A stretch of DNA of 64,000 nucleotides. Origin: Octopus bimaculoides (taxonomy: Eukaryota). The notes under the pieces are model-generated. The model made no database searches and was not told the origin of the DNA. It saw only the letters and a list, made by a program, of their open reading frames with translations. The stretch spans positions 18,754,368 to 18,818,367 of the forward strand of contig NC_068998.1 of assembly GCF_001194135.2 (NCBI RefSeq), written 5' to 3'. Of the stretch, positions 24,201 to 34,008 are shown in pieces; position 1 is the stretch's first letter, and the number at the start of each line of letters is the position of its first letter. The position numbers and the translations under genes were made by a program.

Positions 24201-27200
24201 AGGATGTAATTTTTAGATTTTGGTTGTTATTTGTAACGGATCAAGCCACCTTTTAGAAGCTCTCTCATCTCATGTTAAATGTGGGTGATTCTTAAGATGA
24301 AATTTTTTAGCCCCTCTGTGATTGTAGATTGGATTTCATTGGTTTATATTACTCTAATTTTTCTGAGAAACTTTAACCTGTCGACTGCCATAAGTAAAAA
24401 ATATTAAGACATTTCCTTTTGTTTTCCAGGCGAGTCTAGTGAATACATGATTCTTCTTTTGAACACATTAGAAGAAACTATTTTCAAGCGTAAAAAACAG
24501 GTGAATTTATTGTTTCTTCTTGTTCATTGCTACTGAAGTAAATTTTGTTTAAAAGTGAGTTGCAGATAAAAGTCAAACCTGTATTTTCTGAATAGCACTT
24601 GATAATTTTGCTACAATCTTTCTAAAAAGCTGCAGCAATGCCCCTCTGATCCCACATCCTCTGCTGACCATTACACTATGTCAAAATGACAAAAAAAAAG
24701 AAAGCAAAAAACTGTTAAGATCTACTAAATTTTGATAGTCTAATCTATTAGTTTGTTGTTTATTTATAACAAAAAAAGTAAAAGCAAAGAATAAAAGATT
24801 ATTACATTATTGTGCTTTTCTTAATGAAATTGATGGGGAAAAATTTTGCATCTTGATACCAAGTAATATTTGTACCTTTGATTTTGATTTTGGTGTTAAA
24901 AGGGTGTATTGTACAAATGTATTATAGTTGAATGCAAATGAATTGTACTTGAAATGTATTGAAAAGAAGTCTACCTTTTACATGAGATATTCTATCACCT
25001 TCTTGTCAATTTCTTTCATAATCCATGCCAACATAGATTAGACAAATAAGTTAATGAGAAAAAGGACCATACCATTTTATTTCTATGTTTTAATTAGCCA
25101 CATACCTGAATTTTGTATTTTGTTTTCTACTTCAGATTACCAAACATCGTGTGTTGGCCTTCATGAAGCGTCTCTCGACTCTTGCATTGCAGACCTTACC
25201 AGAAGCTTCTATAGCTCTCCTTGGTGTTGTCCGCAGTCTTATACATGTAAGTCTTGTGAGAGTTTAATTATTTAGTGCCATTGTGATGCTAAATATTCAT
25301 TCTTCAATTAATCCATTGCTTTATTTTTAGAACTTTATGTCTATTAATGCCCTTCGGGTCTTCTTTTGCCAAAACAGTCACACAAGTGTGGTGCAGGCTT
25401 CTGCCTGGCCAGCTCTTGTGAAACCGTCCCATCCGTGCTAGCATGGAAGGCAGACATTGATGATGATGATGTCTTGATCATGAACGGCTTTGGCATTAGA
25501 TTTAAGATCTTGATTTGACTATAGGCTGCATGTGGCAGCTACTGAACACCACTCTATACAACATGAAATTCATCTCTCAGTGGCATCTACCACCACAAGA
25601 ACATTTATCAGGGATTTAACAACTGTGACAACTCATTGCTGGTCTTTGAATTTGATGCCATTAAGCTTTTAGTTTAGTGTTCTACTATTGAACCACTTTC
25701 CTACAAAGAAATCAACAGATCAAATAAAACAGAAATAGGTAAATTGTCTTCCAATGTTGACTGAGATTCATTAATAAACAAGTGGACAAGCCTTAATATT
25801 GTCCAGCATATATTGTATACTAAATATTTTCTTTTTCATCAAATCATCTGAACCCCTGTAACATTTTAATGTGTTTTTGTTTTTTACCATATTTTATTTT
25901 GATAGTCTTTTCCATATACTGATGTAATGTTTGAAAATGAACAATCTGGTAGCGGACAGTTCATGCCAGAAGTCGATGACCCAGAGTATTGTCATGCACA
26001 TAATTCTTCTTTGTGGGAGCTGGCAATTTTACAGGTAAAAACATCTCAGGTGTTTGTTATTAACTTATAAACTGTAGAATAAATAACAGTTTAGGCAGAC
26101 ATGGCTGCATGCTGAAGAAGTTCACTTCCTAACCATGTGGTTTCAAGTTTAGTCCCACTGCATGGCACCTTGGGCTAATGTCTTCTACAATAGCCCTACA
26201 CCAACCAAGGCCTTGTGGGTGGAATCGATTAATGGGAAGTGAAAGTTTCCGAGTGTGTGTGTGCATGTGTTTGTATCACTTTGTCTTGACATCGCATGAT
26301 TGTTGTAAATGAGGGTCACTGTCATACAAGCAGTGTTCCTTTTTTTCAGTTTTCTGTAAAGATATGTTCATTTTCATCAATCCTTGGACATTACTGTCTT
26401 GAGTCCTAGGACTCATAGGGGCCAATTACTCAGTCCCCACGGCATATAAATGACTGAAAACAGGACACCAATCTAATGCAGTAAATCTCATTTATTGCGA
26501 AGTGGGCTGGAGTAACATGAAATGAAGTGTTTTGCTCAAGAATACAATATACCACACCACACAGTCAGGCTTTCAAACCCACAATCTTGTGATCATAAGT
26601 GCAGTACCCTAACCACCAGGCTGCCACATGCTTTCACTTGAAGAAATATTAACCTTGCTTGGAAACAGGTGTTAGGGACAGGAAGAGTATCCTGTATATA
26701 AAACTCCCTTGATGAATTCTGTCTGAACCATGGAAGCATGGAAGAATGGATGTTGAAATGATGATTTAGAAGTGTTTGCATTGAATGCTGACACAAAGGA
26801 ACTCAAACTAAGTATAGACTCTTCATCACTGAGTCATTGGTGTTACAAGGGCAGCTATGTACTGTAAAAAGATTCTGCTTCAGTAACTTTCAAAAATATT
26901 TTTATTGTTTCTCAGCCATTTTGCTTTAGTTGTCTGAATGGTAGAGCTTTCAGAAGAGAAAAAAAAACCCATTCCACACGGCAATACAATCAGCAGTCTA
27001 CTGCTATCTAACCCATAGTAACATGAAAAGACATGCAGCCTGTTGTAATTGTCTTCTGATGATTGAAATTGATTCAGATGTTGTTTAGTCTCAGGGCAGC
27101 CCTGATTGTAGAAGACTTATGATCAAAAGACATTCCAACCATGTTCATCCTGTCTTTTGTTCAGACTCAATATCCATAGAGCTATATTATCTGTGCCCTT

Positions 27201-28584
27201 TTTAAAGGCAGTTGGATGTATTATTAGGAAAGTTTGTCTGCTGTTTCTAGTAGGTCAGGTGACTAAATATACTTGCTTATTGCTTGACACAGACCATCAT
27301 CAGCTGATGGTCTGACTTTGTAATTTAATGTAATCTTCCTTCCTTCCTTCCTTCCTTTCTCTCTTTCTTTCTTTCTTTCTTTGGCTCCAGTGATGGCCGT
27401 CTTGTCCTTCAATTGTAGACTTTAATGGCTACTACTGCTTGAAGTGCATCAGCACAAGTAACTGGAGAATTTTAACAGCTGCTTCCTGTGCTACATCTAC
27501 CATGTGCCCTCAATCGCTTGAAAACCACAGAAGCGACAATATTTCATCATCACAGAAGCACTTGATACCCTGACTGCTGCAGTGGCAATCCTTATTCTTG
27601 AGATCCAAGACAGTTATTCATATTGTAGGATACAATACATGCACAATGAAGCTTTAAGGGAATTTCTTGGTATCACTCTCTTTGTTATGGGGAAGATAAA
27701 TCCTGTGGAAATGGTGACTCAGAACAACTAGTAATTCTTTCAAGCTACAAGAAATGCAATTTATCTGAAACCACATTAACCTATTAGCATTTAAACCTGG
27801 CTGTCAAACAGTGGATAACACTCATAATTAACTTAACTGTATTCAACCTACTTTGGCTGGTAAAAGCCATATTCACAATGTGCATCACTGATTCCTGTGC
27901 TGTGTCAAGAAATTTCATCCAAATTCAATCAAAAAATATATTTTTGTACTAGGGCTAACTGCATTTTATTCTATCTATTTTGTGTTCAAACCAACCAAAT
28001 CTGGCCTCTTACACTTACCCTACATTGTCATTGTAAAAATAAACAATCACTTCATCGAAATCTGGAAACTATGAGATAATGCATGATAAATTCAAAACAA
28101 TCTGAATAAATAAGCATTACTTTTGACAGAGTCTGAATGCTAAAAGGTTAAAGTTGGTTGCAACAGGACAGCCTGTTCTCTCAAAGTGTTCTGCTCTAGA
28201 CTTTGTCTTCCTATACTAACCCATAAGTCAGCAGAGGAGTGCAAGTAGGTCACACACACCCCACTTTCCCACCACTTCTAAGGTCCCCTGCCAACCTTTC
28301 TCTGAGATGTTCTGGCAAGAACTAAGAGTCCATCACACCCAAAGGGATCATGATGTCTGCTTCTTCACCATATCAATGATTTCTGTCCTTATGTGCTGCT
28401 ACTGTCAGATATTCACTGACCCTATATGTTCATCTGTACTTTTGACATGCATTATTTTTTTTGTTCTGCTGGGTTTCAGGCACCCCTGCTAACCAGCCAT
28501 ATAACAGGATATACTGGATCTCTCTCTTTCTCTGTCTGTCCAGCTTTCTCTCTCTCACACACACACACATTCTCTCACGCACAT

Positions 28585-28617
<33 letters not shown>

Positions 28618-29362
28618 TTCTCTCTCTCTCTCTCTGCTGTTACGAATTGGTATTTGAGGTTATCTAACACAAGTGCTACTTCCATGCTATTTTCATTATG
28701 TCACTGGCGTGGTTTTGATATTTTTTTAATTACTTTCTTATTGTTAAACCTTTATAGACTGACATATATATATATCTTGGTTTTCAGAAACATGTTTGTC
28801 CAGATGTTGTCAAGTTTACCAACTATGTGGCTCACCAAGCACCCTTGACGGGTAAAGGTCAACTACCAGCACATCTTTCAAAACTGTTAGTACAACTGCT
28901 CACTTACGTTCTTATCATTTCTATACAATATAAATACCATTCTTTTATTTGTTTCATTCATTTGACTGCGGCCGTGCTGGAGCATTGCCTTGAAGGATTT
29001 TATTCAAGCAAATCAACCCCAGAACTTATTTTTTAAGCCTAGTACTTATCATACCAGTCTCTTTTGCCGAACTGTAAAGTTATGGGGATGCAAACACACC
29101 AACACCACTACCACCATTACAACAAACTGTGATGGTGGTAGTGGTGGTGGGACAAATACACACACACACACACACACAAATATACAAATATATATATATA
29201 CATATATATATATGTGTGGTAAAAAGTTTGCTTCCCAAACACATTGTTTTGAGTTCTATACTACTGCATAGCACCTTAGGCAAACGTTTTCTAATATAGG
29301 GCCCAAACCAACCAAGCCATGTGAATAGATTTGGTAGACAACAACTGAAAGAAGTCTGCTAC

Positions 29363-29402
<40 letters not shown>

Positions 29403-29413
29403 ATGCATGTTTG

Positions 29414-29489
<76 letters not shown>

Positions 29490-30288
29490 CATGTATTTGT
29501 GTGTCTTACTGTCTCCTTGCCTTAGCATTATTTAATTGTTGTAAATGAATGTTTATTATATAAATGGTGTCCTTTATTACCTATCATTCCTGAAAACATG
29601 TCTTATCAAGAAGAAATGTTACCTTACTTGGAAGCAGGTGTGGGTTGGTGACAGGAAGGACACCCAGCTGTAGAAAATTCACTTCAACAGATTCCCTCCA
29701 ACCCATGCAAGCATGGGGGGAAAAAAGATTAAAAAAAAAAGACATTAAAACAATGATGAGGGTGAATATTTTAATAGGGGCAGTTTGAGCTGGGTTGATA
29801 TTAAAAGGATAATTCACATGGTTTACACATGTTACAGTAGAAAATACCTGGACTACTCTTTCACTGCAGTTGGTGAAATGAAGGGCATCCTCATCATTTA
29901 ATGTCTGTTTTCCATGCTGGCATGGGTTGGATGGTTTGATAAGAGCTGGCTAGACAGTGGACTGCACCAGGCATGGTCTTTAATGGCTGGATGTGTTTTT
30001 GGATGGTCTTCAATGGCTGGATGTGTTTTTGGATGGTCTTCAATGGCTGGATGTGTTTTTAATGTGGCACCACAGAATCCAAAGCAAACATATATAATCA
30101 GAAATGCCCAAATGTATAAAACAGAACCACTACAAAATGCATTGTTGCTGTGAGCATTAAAGGGTATGTATAAGGTTGGTTGGTGTACAGTAAATCAATC
30201 TCACTCATGTTAGTATAAAAAGGAAAAAATGAAAAAGATGTAAAACCAGATGGTGTTTATGATTGATTATATATGGATGTATGTGTGT

Positions 30289-30349
<61 letters not shown>

Positions 30350-32276
30350 AACACAGATAAATATATATTGTGTATATTTTGTATTGANNNNNNNNNNTTC
30401 TTGCAATGAAATAAGATTTATGCATAATTATTTTATTCCTTTTTGTCTTTTATTTTTACTTTTTTTTTTTTTTGTCATGTGACCACGTTATTTTTTTATT
30501 TATGACTGAGGTATGCTAATGGGGTAGACTGGGTGTTATCTGGCGTATTTCAACACACTGAAATGAGCTTGTGAAATAGTTAACAAATCAAGTGTTTTTT
30601 CCCCAGTTGGTATTTTCTTCTTTTGTGAGAATGGATTGAAATTTAAGATTTCTTTCTTCAGTTCTTTTGGAGTTTTGACACTGAAAATATTTTCACATAG
30701 TTATCGGCTGGTATTTTTCTACATTGTATATCTTTACATTCAGCTGTCTTTTAAGTAGAACAGCTAAACTTGCTGAAATTTATATGAATTTCTTCATTTA
30801 TTTCTTTTAGTTGCCATTGTTGCTTTTATAGGTGTGAACCGCTCGTTAAACTGAGAATAAAGAATAGTCAAAATATCATGATATTTATGACACCACAGAC
30901 AAAAATATGGTTTAAAAAAAAGGTCAAACTGCCAAAGCTGTCAAAACATTTAATTGGTTTATTTATTTATGTATTTTTTTTCTTAATCACAATTTGTGAA
31001 CAGCAACAATGTTGGTTACAGGTTTCCACTAAGCCACTAGTTCACTATACCTCTGAAGGCAAAAGCTGTACGAGGGTAACTTAGCACAGAATAAATATTG
31101 CAAGGGAACTGGTTTGAAAAACACAACTTTTGTTTTTTTTCGGTCTCCCATCTTTCATCTGTGTAAATTAGTGAACAATAGAAATACACCCCTCCCCCCG
31201 CACACACACATCAGTAAGAGGTTTTAGTTTCCTTTACCAAATCTCAGTCTTAATCCTTTAGCATTCAGGTCACTCTGTCAAATGTAATGCTTATGTATTA
31301 GCATTGTTTTGAACTAATTATGCATTATCTTGTAGCTTTGAGATTTTGATGATGTGATTTATTTTTGGGATAACATTGTTGGGTAGGTGTGAGAAGCCAG
31401 ATCTTACCGTTTTGAACATAAAACAAGTACAGTGTAATAGAAATCTCTTGCTCAAAATGCCATGCGGTGGAATCTAATCTCGATCTATGTGGTTTGACAT
31501 TGAAGTCCTTAATCTCACATTCATACCTACATGTAAGAATTTATTGATTCTCGCTTGTAGACATCGAGTTGTGGTTAAGAACTTCATTGTAATCAATAGT
31601 AATGTACTGTTGTTTACAGTATACTGCTGGTATTTTGTTTACTTACATTTCTTTTTTTCCTTAGTTTAGTTCTGATGAAATGACAATGATATAAATTGAA
31701 GGCTGTATGGTGAAGAAGTTTGCTCTGCAAACATGTGGTTCTAGATTGAGTCCTACTGCATGCTACTTCTACCATCACCTCAGGTTGTACAATGTCTTGA
31801 AGTTGAAATATGGTCAACAGAAACTATTTGGAAACCATGTGTTCGTTTAGTGGTCAGCATGTGGTTTACAACAGACAAAGTTTAGTTGCCATAGGTGATC
31901 TTACGACATTTTTCTGTCTTCAATGTATAAATCAAACACAATACCATATCTTGATACTTTGGGACTGAATGCCCCGTTAACAGATTACTGATATGAATAA
32001 TTCTAACTTGTTAGGTCAAGACTTCTAATTTAGATGGTTGAAACTGTCTGGTCACTTTGGTTGAGTGGTTAGCACAGTTAAGGCTTGATTTTTGTGGGCC
32101 ATCTTACAACTAATTTCTGTCTTACACACATATGCATATATATGTGTGTATACATATGTATGAAGCCTCATCATCATCATTTTAACGTCCACTTTTCCAT
32201 GCTTGCATGGGCCAGACAGAACTTGTTGAGGCAGATTGTCTATAGCTGGGTGCCCTTCTTGTTACCAATGGTATGC

Positions 32277-32316
<40 letters not shown>

Positions 32317-32926
32317 TTTGCTAATGTGTATCGGTGAGAAAATTTTTAAACTGGTATTTTTTTAATAAAAATACTTTGTGTAGTATTTGTTCTTCTCAGG
32401 TTGTACAGTTTGGACCAATGGTCGTCCAAGTGGAAACCTGTAACCAATAATGCTATTGCTTACAGAATGCATGGCATAAAATAATTCTTCAAATATGCTG
32501 ATTTGCCAATTTACCTTCAAACATGAATATAATTTTCAGCTGTAGCCGAAAATTATATTCTCTCACTAAGTTTTAAACCTTTAGCATTCAGACTATTCTG
32601 ACAAGTGTAATGCTTATTTATTCACATTAGTTTGAATTCATTATGCATTTTCACATAGCTTTGAGATTTCGATGATGTAATTGTTTATTTTTAAAATGGC
32701 ATTCTAAGGTAGGTGTGAGAGGCAGGATCTCACCAGTTTCAGCACAAAACAGGTAGAATATTTGGGCCTGATATGGCAAGTTTAAATGCTAAAGAGTTAA
32801 TGTTTCTTGACATGTACTAACTATATTGCTATTTTATTTCTATTTTACAGGTCAGCAGTGGATTTATATGAAAAGTATCATGAAGAGAGTATAACTAAAT
32901 TTGCAAATTCTAAGTTAAATAAATAA
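2419..32926 (+). CDS. NOC3L: Nucleolar complex protein 3 homolog, spliced gene; join(2419-2681,3707-3879,4885-5081,6210-6374,8030-8123,8342-8391,9061-9180,10341-10412,11060-11116,12923-13042,15015-15095,16050-16150,19558-19630,21862-21997,24430-24500,25136-25246,25906-26034,28788-28885,32851-32926)
   Basis: Manual splicing at GT-AG sites gives an uninterrupted 2187-nt frame. It carries colinear NOC3/CBF-family motifs recognised from vertebrate NOC3L: LLPVK..IIPQTRE, LMEIFKDIIPGYKIR, HFNF, DKLGAASL, YVRILKK..VLEGLTKFAHFVNIDYF, ILSGQGNVLNIDP..FY, RVLAFMKRL, GSGQFMPEVDDPEYC.A.NSSLWEL. Confidence 0.96.
3707..3879 (+). CDS. NOC3L: NOC3L exon 2
   Basis: Acceptor atacag; peptide DINKKAKKRKW...YEKAPR...LLPVKMKNKIIPQTREIIPKS; donor GTTTGT at 3880. 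Confidence 0.92.
4885..5081 (+). CDS. NOC3L: NOC3L exon 3
   Basis: Acceptor ctaaag; peptide EEEDESDSES...EHLAKAKQKMALFALSIIENPNEH; donor GTAATT at 5082. Confidence 0.92.
6210..6374 (+). CDS. NOC3L: NOC3L exon 4
   Basis: Peptide ISRLRELLLML...LMEIFKDIIPGYKIRKLTEKEQQQK; acceptor tttcag, donor GTAAAT. Confidence 0.95.
8030..8123 (+). CDS. NOC3L: NOC3L exon 5
   Basis: Peptide MSKEFKVLHSFEESLLKSYKHYLEYLWSVVS; acceptor ttttag, donor GTAAGT; phase 1. Confidence 0.93.
8342..8391 (+). CDS. NOC3L: NOC3L exon 6 (50-nt small exon)
   Basis: Acceptor tttcag, donor GTAAGA; peptide (Q)PKVDATLSQTKLNDKK. It converts phase 1 to phase 0, exactly as needed to join exons 5 and 7. Confidence 0.82.
9061..9180 (+). 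CDS. NOC3L: NOC3L exon 7
   Basis: Peptide IMKEVATQCLCKLLVSCYHFNFRSELISFVVPCMNLFNKV; poly-T acceptor caacag, donor GTATGA. Confidence 0.94.
10341..10412 (+). CDS. NOC3L: NOC3L exon 8
   Basis: Peptide SSNAACEAVKEVFKIDKLGAASLE; acceptor ttccag, donor GTGAGT. Confidence 0.94.
11060..11116 (+). CDS. NOC3L: NOC3L exon 9
   Basis: Peptide IVKGIEDLVKKKISLVKPK; acceptor tttcag, donor GTAAGT. Confidence 0.92.
11463..12434 (-). mobile_element. Mariner (Tc1/mariner) transposon relic with inverted N-terminal segment
   Basis: The minus strand encodes HPTFSPDLAQSNYHLF (YSPDLAP motif), GDENWIYF (first catalytic Asp region) and RQPVVED. TIR-like TATCAGGTTAAGTCAAAAG at 11463. The HTH part WFRCFKECDTSLINKPRSG is on the + strand (12293-12434). 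Confidence 0.85.
12923..13042 (+). CDS. NOC3L: NOC3L exon 10
   Basis: Peptide VLSTLLSLKIKEIDIAQ...KLMKMSRREKK; acceptor cactag, donor GTAATA. Confidence 0.93.
13332..13742 (+). mobile_element. Composite SINE family B: tRNA-like head + (TA)n/(TG)n linker + tail 1
   Basis: Head GGTAAGAAGCTTGCTTCCCAACC..GGTTCAGTCCCACTG..CACCTTGGG; tail ending GCATGGCCACAGTCAAATGGCTGAAAC. Heads also at ~7375(-), 12665, 16315, 26092, 29205, 33578, 42915(-); tails at ~28930(-), 41400(-), 43770, 62760. Confidence 0.8.
13761..13945 (+). mobile_element. TTAA-type MITE, partial
   Basis: CTTTAGCATTTAAACCGGCCATATCCGGCC start; same family body. Confidence 0.6.
15015..15095 (+). CDS. NOC3L: NOC3L exon 11
   Basis: Peptide REKQMERLQNELLETKASEDKKKKLEY; acceptor tttcag, donor GTAAGA. 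Confidence 0.93.
16050..16150 (+). CDS. NOC3L: NOC3L exon 12
   Basis: Peptide NTRIIQHVFATYVRILKKSPDSALVTVVLEGLTK; acceptor ttacag, donor GTGAGT; phase 2. Confidence 0.95.
17044..17820 (+). mobile_element. Penelope-like retroelement remnant (GIY-YIG endonuclease, frameshifted)
   Basis: 17372-17509 reads VVYSIKCIEGACKDKNMTYIGEMSRNIVERLNEH; upstream Cys-rich linker TCTNENCMTC; 39-bp inverted terminal segments; triple CACACTTCCTGTTT tail. Confidence 0.8.
18634..18778. repeat. 66-bp near-perfect inverted repeat (hairpin), 13-nt loop
   Basis: 18634-18699 pairs with 18713-18778, with one G-U wobble and one A-C mismatch. Confidence 0.92.
19558..19630 (+). CDS. NOC3L: NOC3L exon 13
   Basis: Peptide FAHFVNIDYFEDLFSTLKNMIASQ; long poly-T acceptor ttccag, donor GTGAGT. 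Confidence 0.95.
19992..20665 (+). repeat. ~152-bp direct repeats (19992-20143, 20513-20665) flanking a SINE
   Basis: Manual alignment shows about 10 differences over ~152 bp. Confidence 0.9.
20146..20512 (+). mobile_element. tRNA-derived SINE, family A
   Basis: A box TGGCCTAGTGG and B box GGTTTCGATTCC; body shared with 32958 and 51209; tail GCCAACAACAAC. Confidence 0.85.
21184..21328 (-). mobile_element. 3' tail fragment of (GAT)n-tailed family
   Basis: Reverse complement of 23933-24082 with about 5 differences. Confidence 0.85.
21862..21997 (+). CDS. NOC3L: NOC3L exon 14 (start of CBF/Mak21 domain)
   Basis: Peptide SLTLQQTIQCTLTAFMILSGQGNVLNIDPVHFYKYFYHRMISLNA; acceptor ttccag, donor GTAAGA. 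Confidence 0.96.
22173..22845 (+). repeat. 28-bp minisatellite in NOC3L intron 14 (interrupted by gap 22400-22664)
   Basis: Unit CCCAAGAAGACC(C/T)(A/G)(C/T)CCACCACA(G/A)CATA repeated on both sides of the gap. Confidence 0.92.
23859..24082 (+). mobile_element. 3' tail fragment of (GAT)n-tailed RTE-associated family
   Basis: GGTTGGCGTTAGGAAGGGCATCCAGCTGTAGAAAC...GGACGTTAAACGATGATGAT. Confidence 0.85.
24430..24500 (+). CDS. NOC3L: NOC3L exon 15
   Basis: Peptide GESSEYMILLLNTLEETIFKRKKQ; acceptor ttccag, donor GTGAAT. Confidence 0.93.
25136..25246 (+). CDS. NOC3L: NOC3L exon 16
   Basis: Peptide ITKHRVLAFMKRLSTLALQTLPEASIALLGVVRSLIH; acceptor cttcag, donor GTAAGT. Confidence 0.96.
25906..26034 (+). 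CDS. NOC3L: NOC3L exon 17
   Basis: Peptide SFPYTDVMFENEQSGSGQFMPEVDDPEYCHAHNSSLWELAILQ; acceptor tgatag, donor GTAAAA. Confidence 0.96.
27776..28151 (+). mobile_element. TTAA-flanked MITE with terminal inverted repeats
   Basis: TTAA-CCTATTAGCATT ... AATGCTAAAAGG-TTAA: inverted termini with TTAA on both sides. Confidence 0.7.
28788..28885 (+). CDS. NOC3L: NOC3L exon 18
   Basis: Peptide KHVCPDVVKFTNYVAHQAPLTGKGQLPAHLSK (cf. vertebrate [25 protein letters not shown]); acceptor tttcag, donor GTTAGT; phase 2. Confidence 0.88.
31250..31425 (-). mobile_element. TTAA-type MITE, partial, reverse orientation
   Basis: TTAATCCTTTAGCATTCAG start; reverse complement of the family body. Confidence 0.6.
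32573..32800 (-). mobile_element. TTAA-flanked MITE, full length
   Basis: TTAA-ACCTTTAGCATTCAG ... TTTAAATGCTAAAGAG-TTAA. Confidence 0.72.
32851..32926 (+). CDS. NOC3L: NOC3L probable terminal coding exon 19
   Basis: Acceptor tttacag; peptide (L)SAVDLYEKYHEESITKFANSKLNK-stop, resembling vertebrate RSATELFEAYS; phase matches exon 18. Confidence 0.8.
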
Positions 32927-32957
32927 TTTTGATACAAAAATGTTTGTATATTTTGAT

Positions 32958-33340
32958 GGAGGCGCAATGGCCCAGTGGTTAGGGCAGCGGACTTGCGGTC
33001 ATAGGATTGCAGTTTCAATTCCCAGACTGGGCGTTGTTAGTGTTTATTGAGTGAAAACACCAAAAGCTCCACGAGGCTCCGGCAGGGGATGGTGGCGAAC
33101 TCTGCTGTACTCTTTCACCACAACTTTCTCTCACTCTTACTTCCTGTTTCTGTTGTACCTGTATTTCAAAGGGCCAGCCTTGTCACACTCTGTGTCACGC
33201 TTGATCTCCCCGAGAACTACATTAAGGGTACACGTGTCTGTGGAGTGCTCAGCCACTTGCATGTTAATTTCACGAGCAGGCTGTTCCATTGATCGGATCA
33301 ACTGGAACCCTCGACGTCGTAAGTGATGGAGTGCCAACAC
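32958..33340 (+). mobile_element. tRNA-derived SINE, family A, with 10-bp TSD
   Basis: A/B boxes; ATATTTTGAT at 32948-32957 and 33341-33350. Confidence 0.88.
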
Positions 33341-33727
33341 ATATTTTGATATTTCTTAAAAACCATCTTGACCAGTAGAGTAGTGGAACTGGGGACTGTG
33401 AGATAATATAACCTTTCTTGGAAACAGGTATGGGTTAGCAACAGGAAGGGAAACTGGTTTACAGAAAATCTACTTCAACAAATCCCATCTGACATATGCA
33501 CAGCATGGAAAAGTAGACATTAAATGATGATGATGGTTGTGTGTGTGTGTGTGTGTGTGTGTCTGAGCAAGAAGAGAGAGGCATATGTGGTTAGGTAGTT
33601 TGCTTTCCAACCATGTGGTTTCAGGTTCAGTCCCAGTGTGTGGCACCTGGATAAATATCTTCTACTATAGCTCCAGGCTAACCAAATGTTAGTGCGTGGA
33701 TTTGGTAGACAGAAACTGAAAGGCCAT

Positions 33728-33951
33728 GAGCTGGCAGAAACGATAGCACGCCGGGCGAAATGCTTAGCGGTATTTCGTCTGCCGTTACGTTCTGGGTTCA
33801 AATTCCGCCGCGGTTGACTTTGCCTTTCATCCTTTCGGGGTCGATAAATTAAGTATCAGTTACGTACTGGGGTCGATGAATCGACTTAATACCTTTGTCT
33901 GTCCTTGTTTGTCCCCTCTGTGTGTAGCCCCTTATGGGCAGTAAAGAAATA
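33728..33951 (+). mobile_element. tRNA-derived SINE family C nested in a family B head
   Basis: GAGCTGGCAGAAACG..GGGTTCAAATTCCGCC body; 17-bp direct repeat AGAAACTGAAAGGCCAT at 33711-33727 and 33952-33968. Confidence 0.85.
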
Positions 33952-33972
33952 AGAAACTGAAAGGCCATCATA

Positions 33973-34008
<36 letters not shown>

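Noticed and set aside
28930-29730. SINE head apparently inverted relative to its tail between (TA)n tracts
   Set aside because: The + strand head continues into its own tail 2 (29500-29730), so two independent back-to-back elements explain it.
29975-30060. Three 30-bp tandem units; also three 20-bp units at 34080-34140
   Set aside because: Ordinary local slippage duplications with no further structure.
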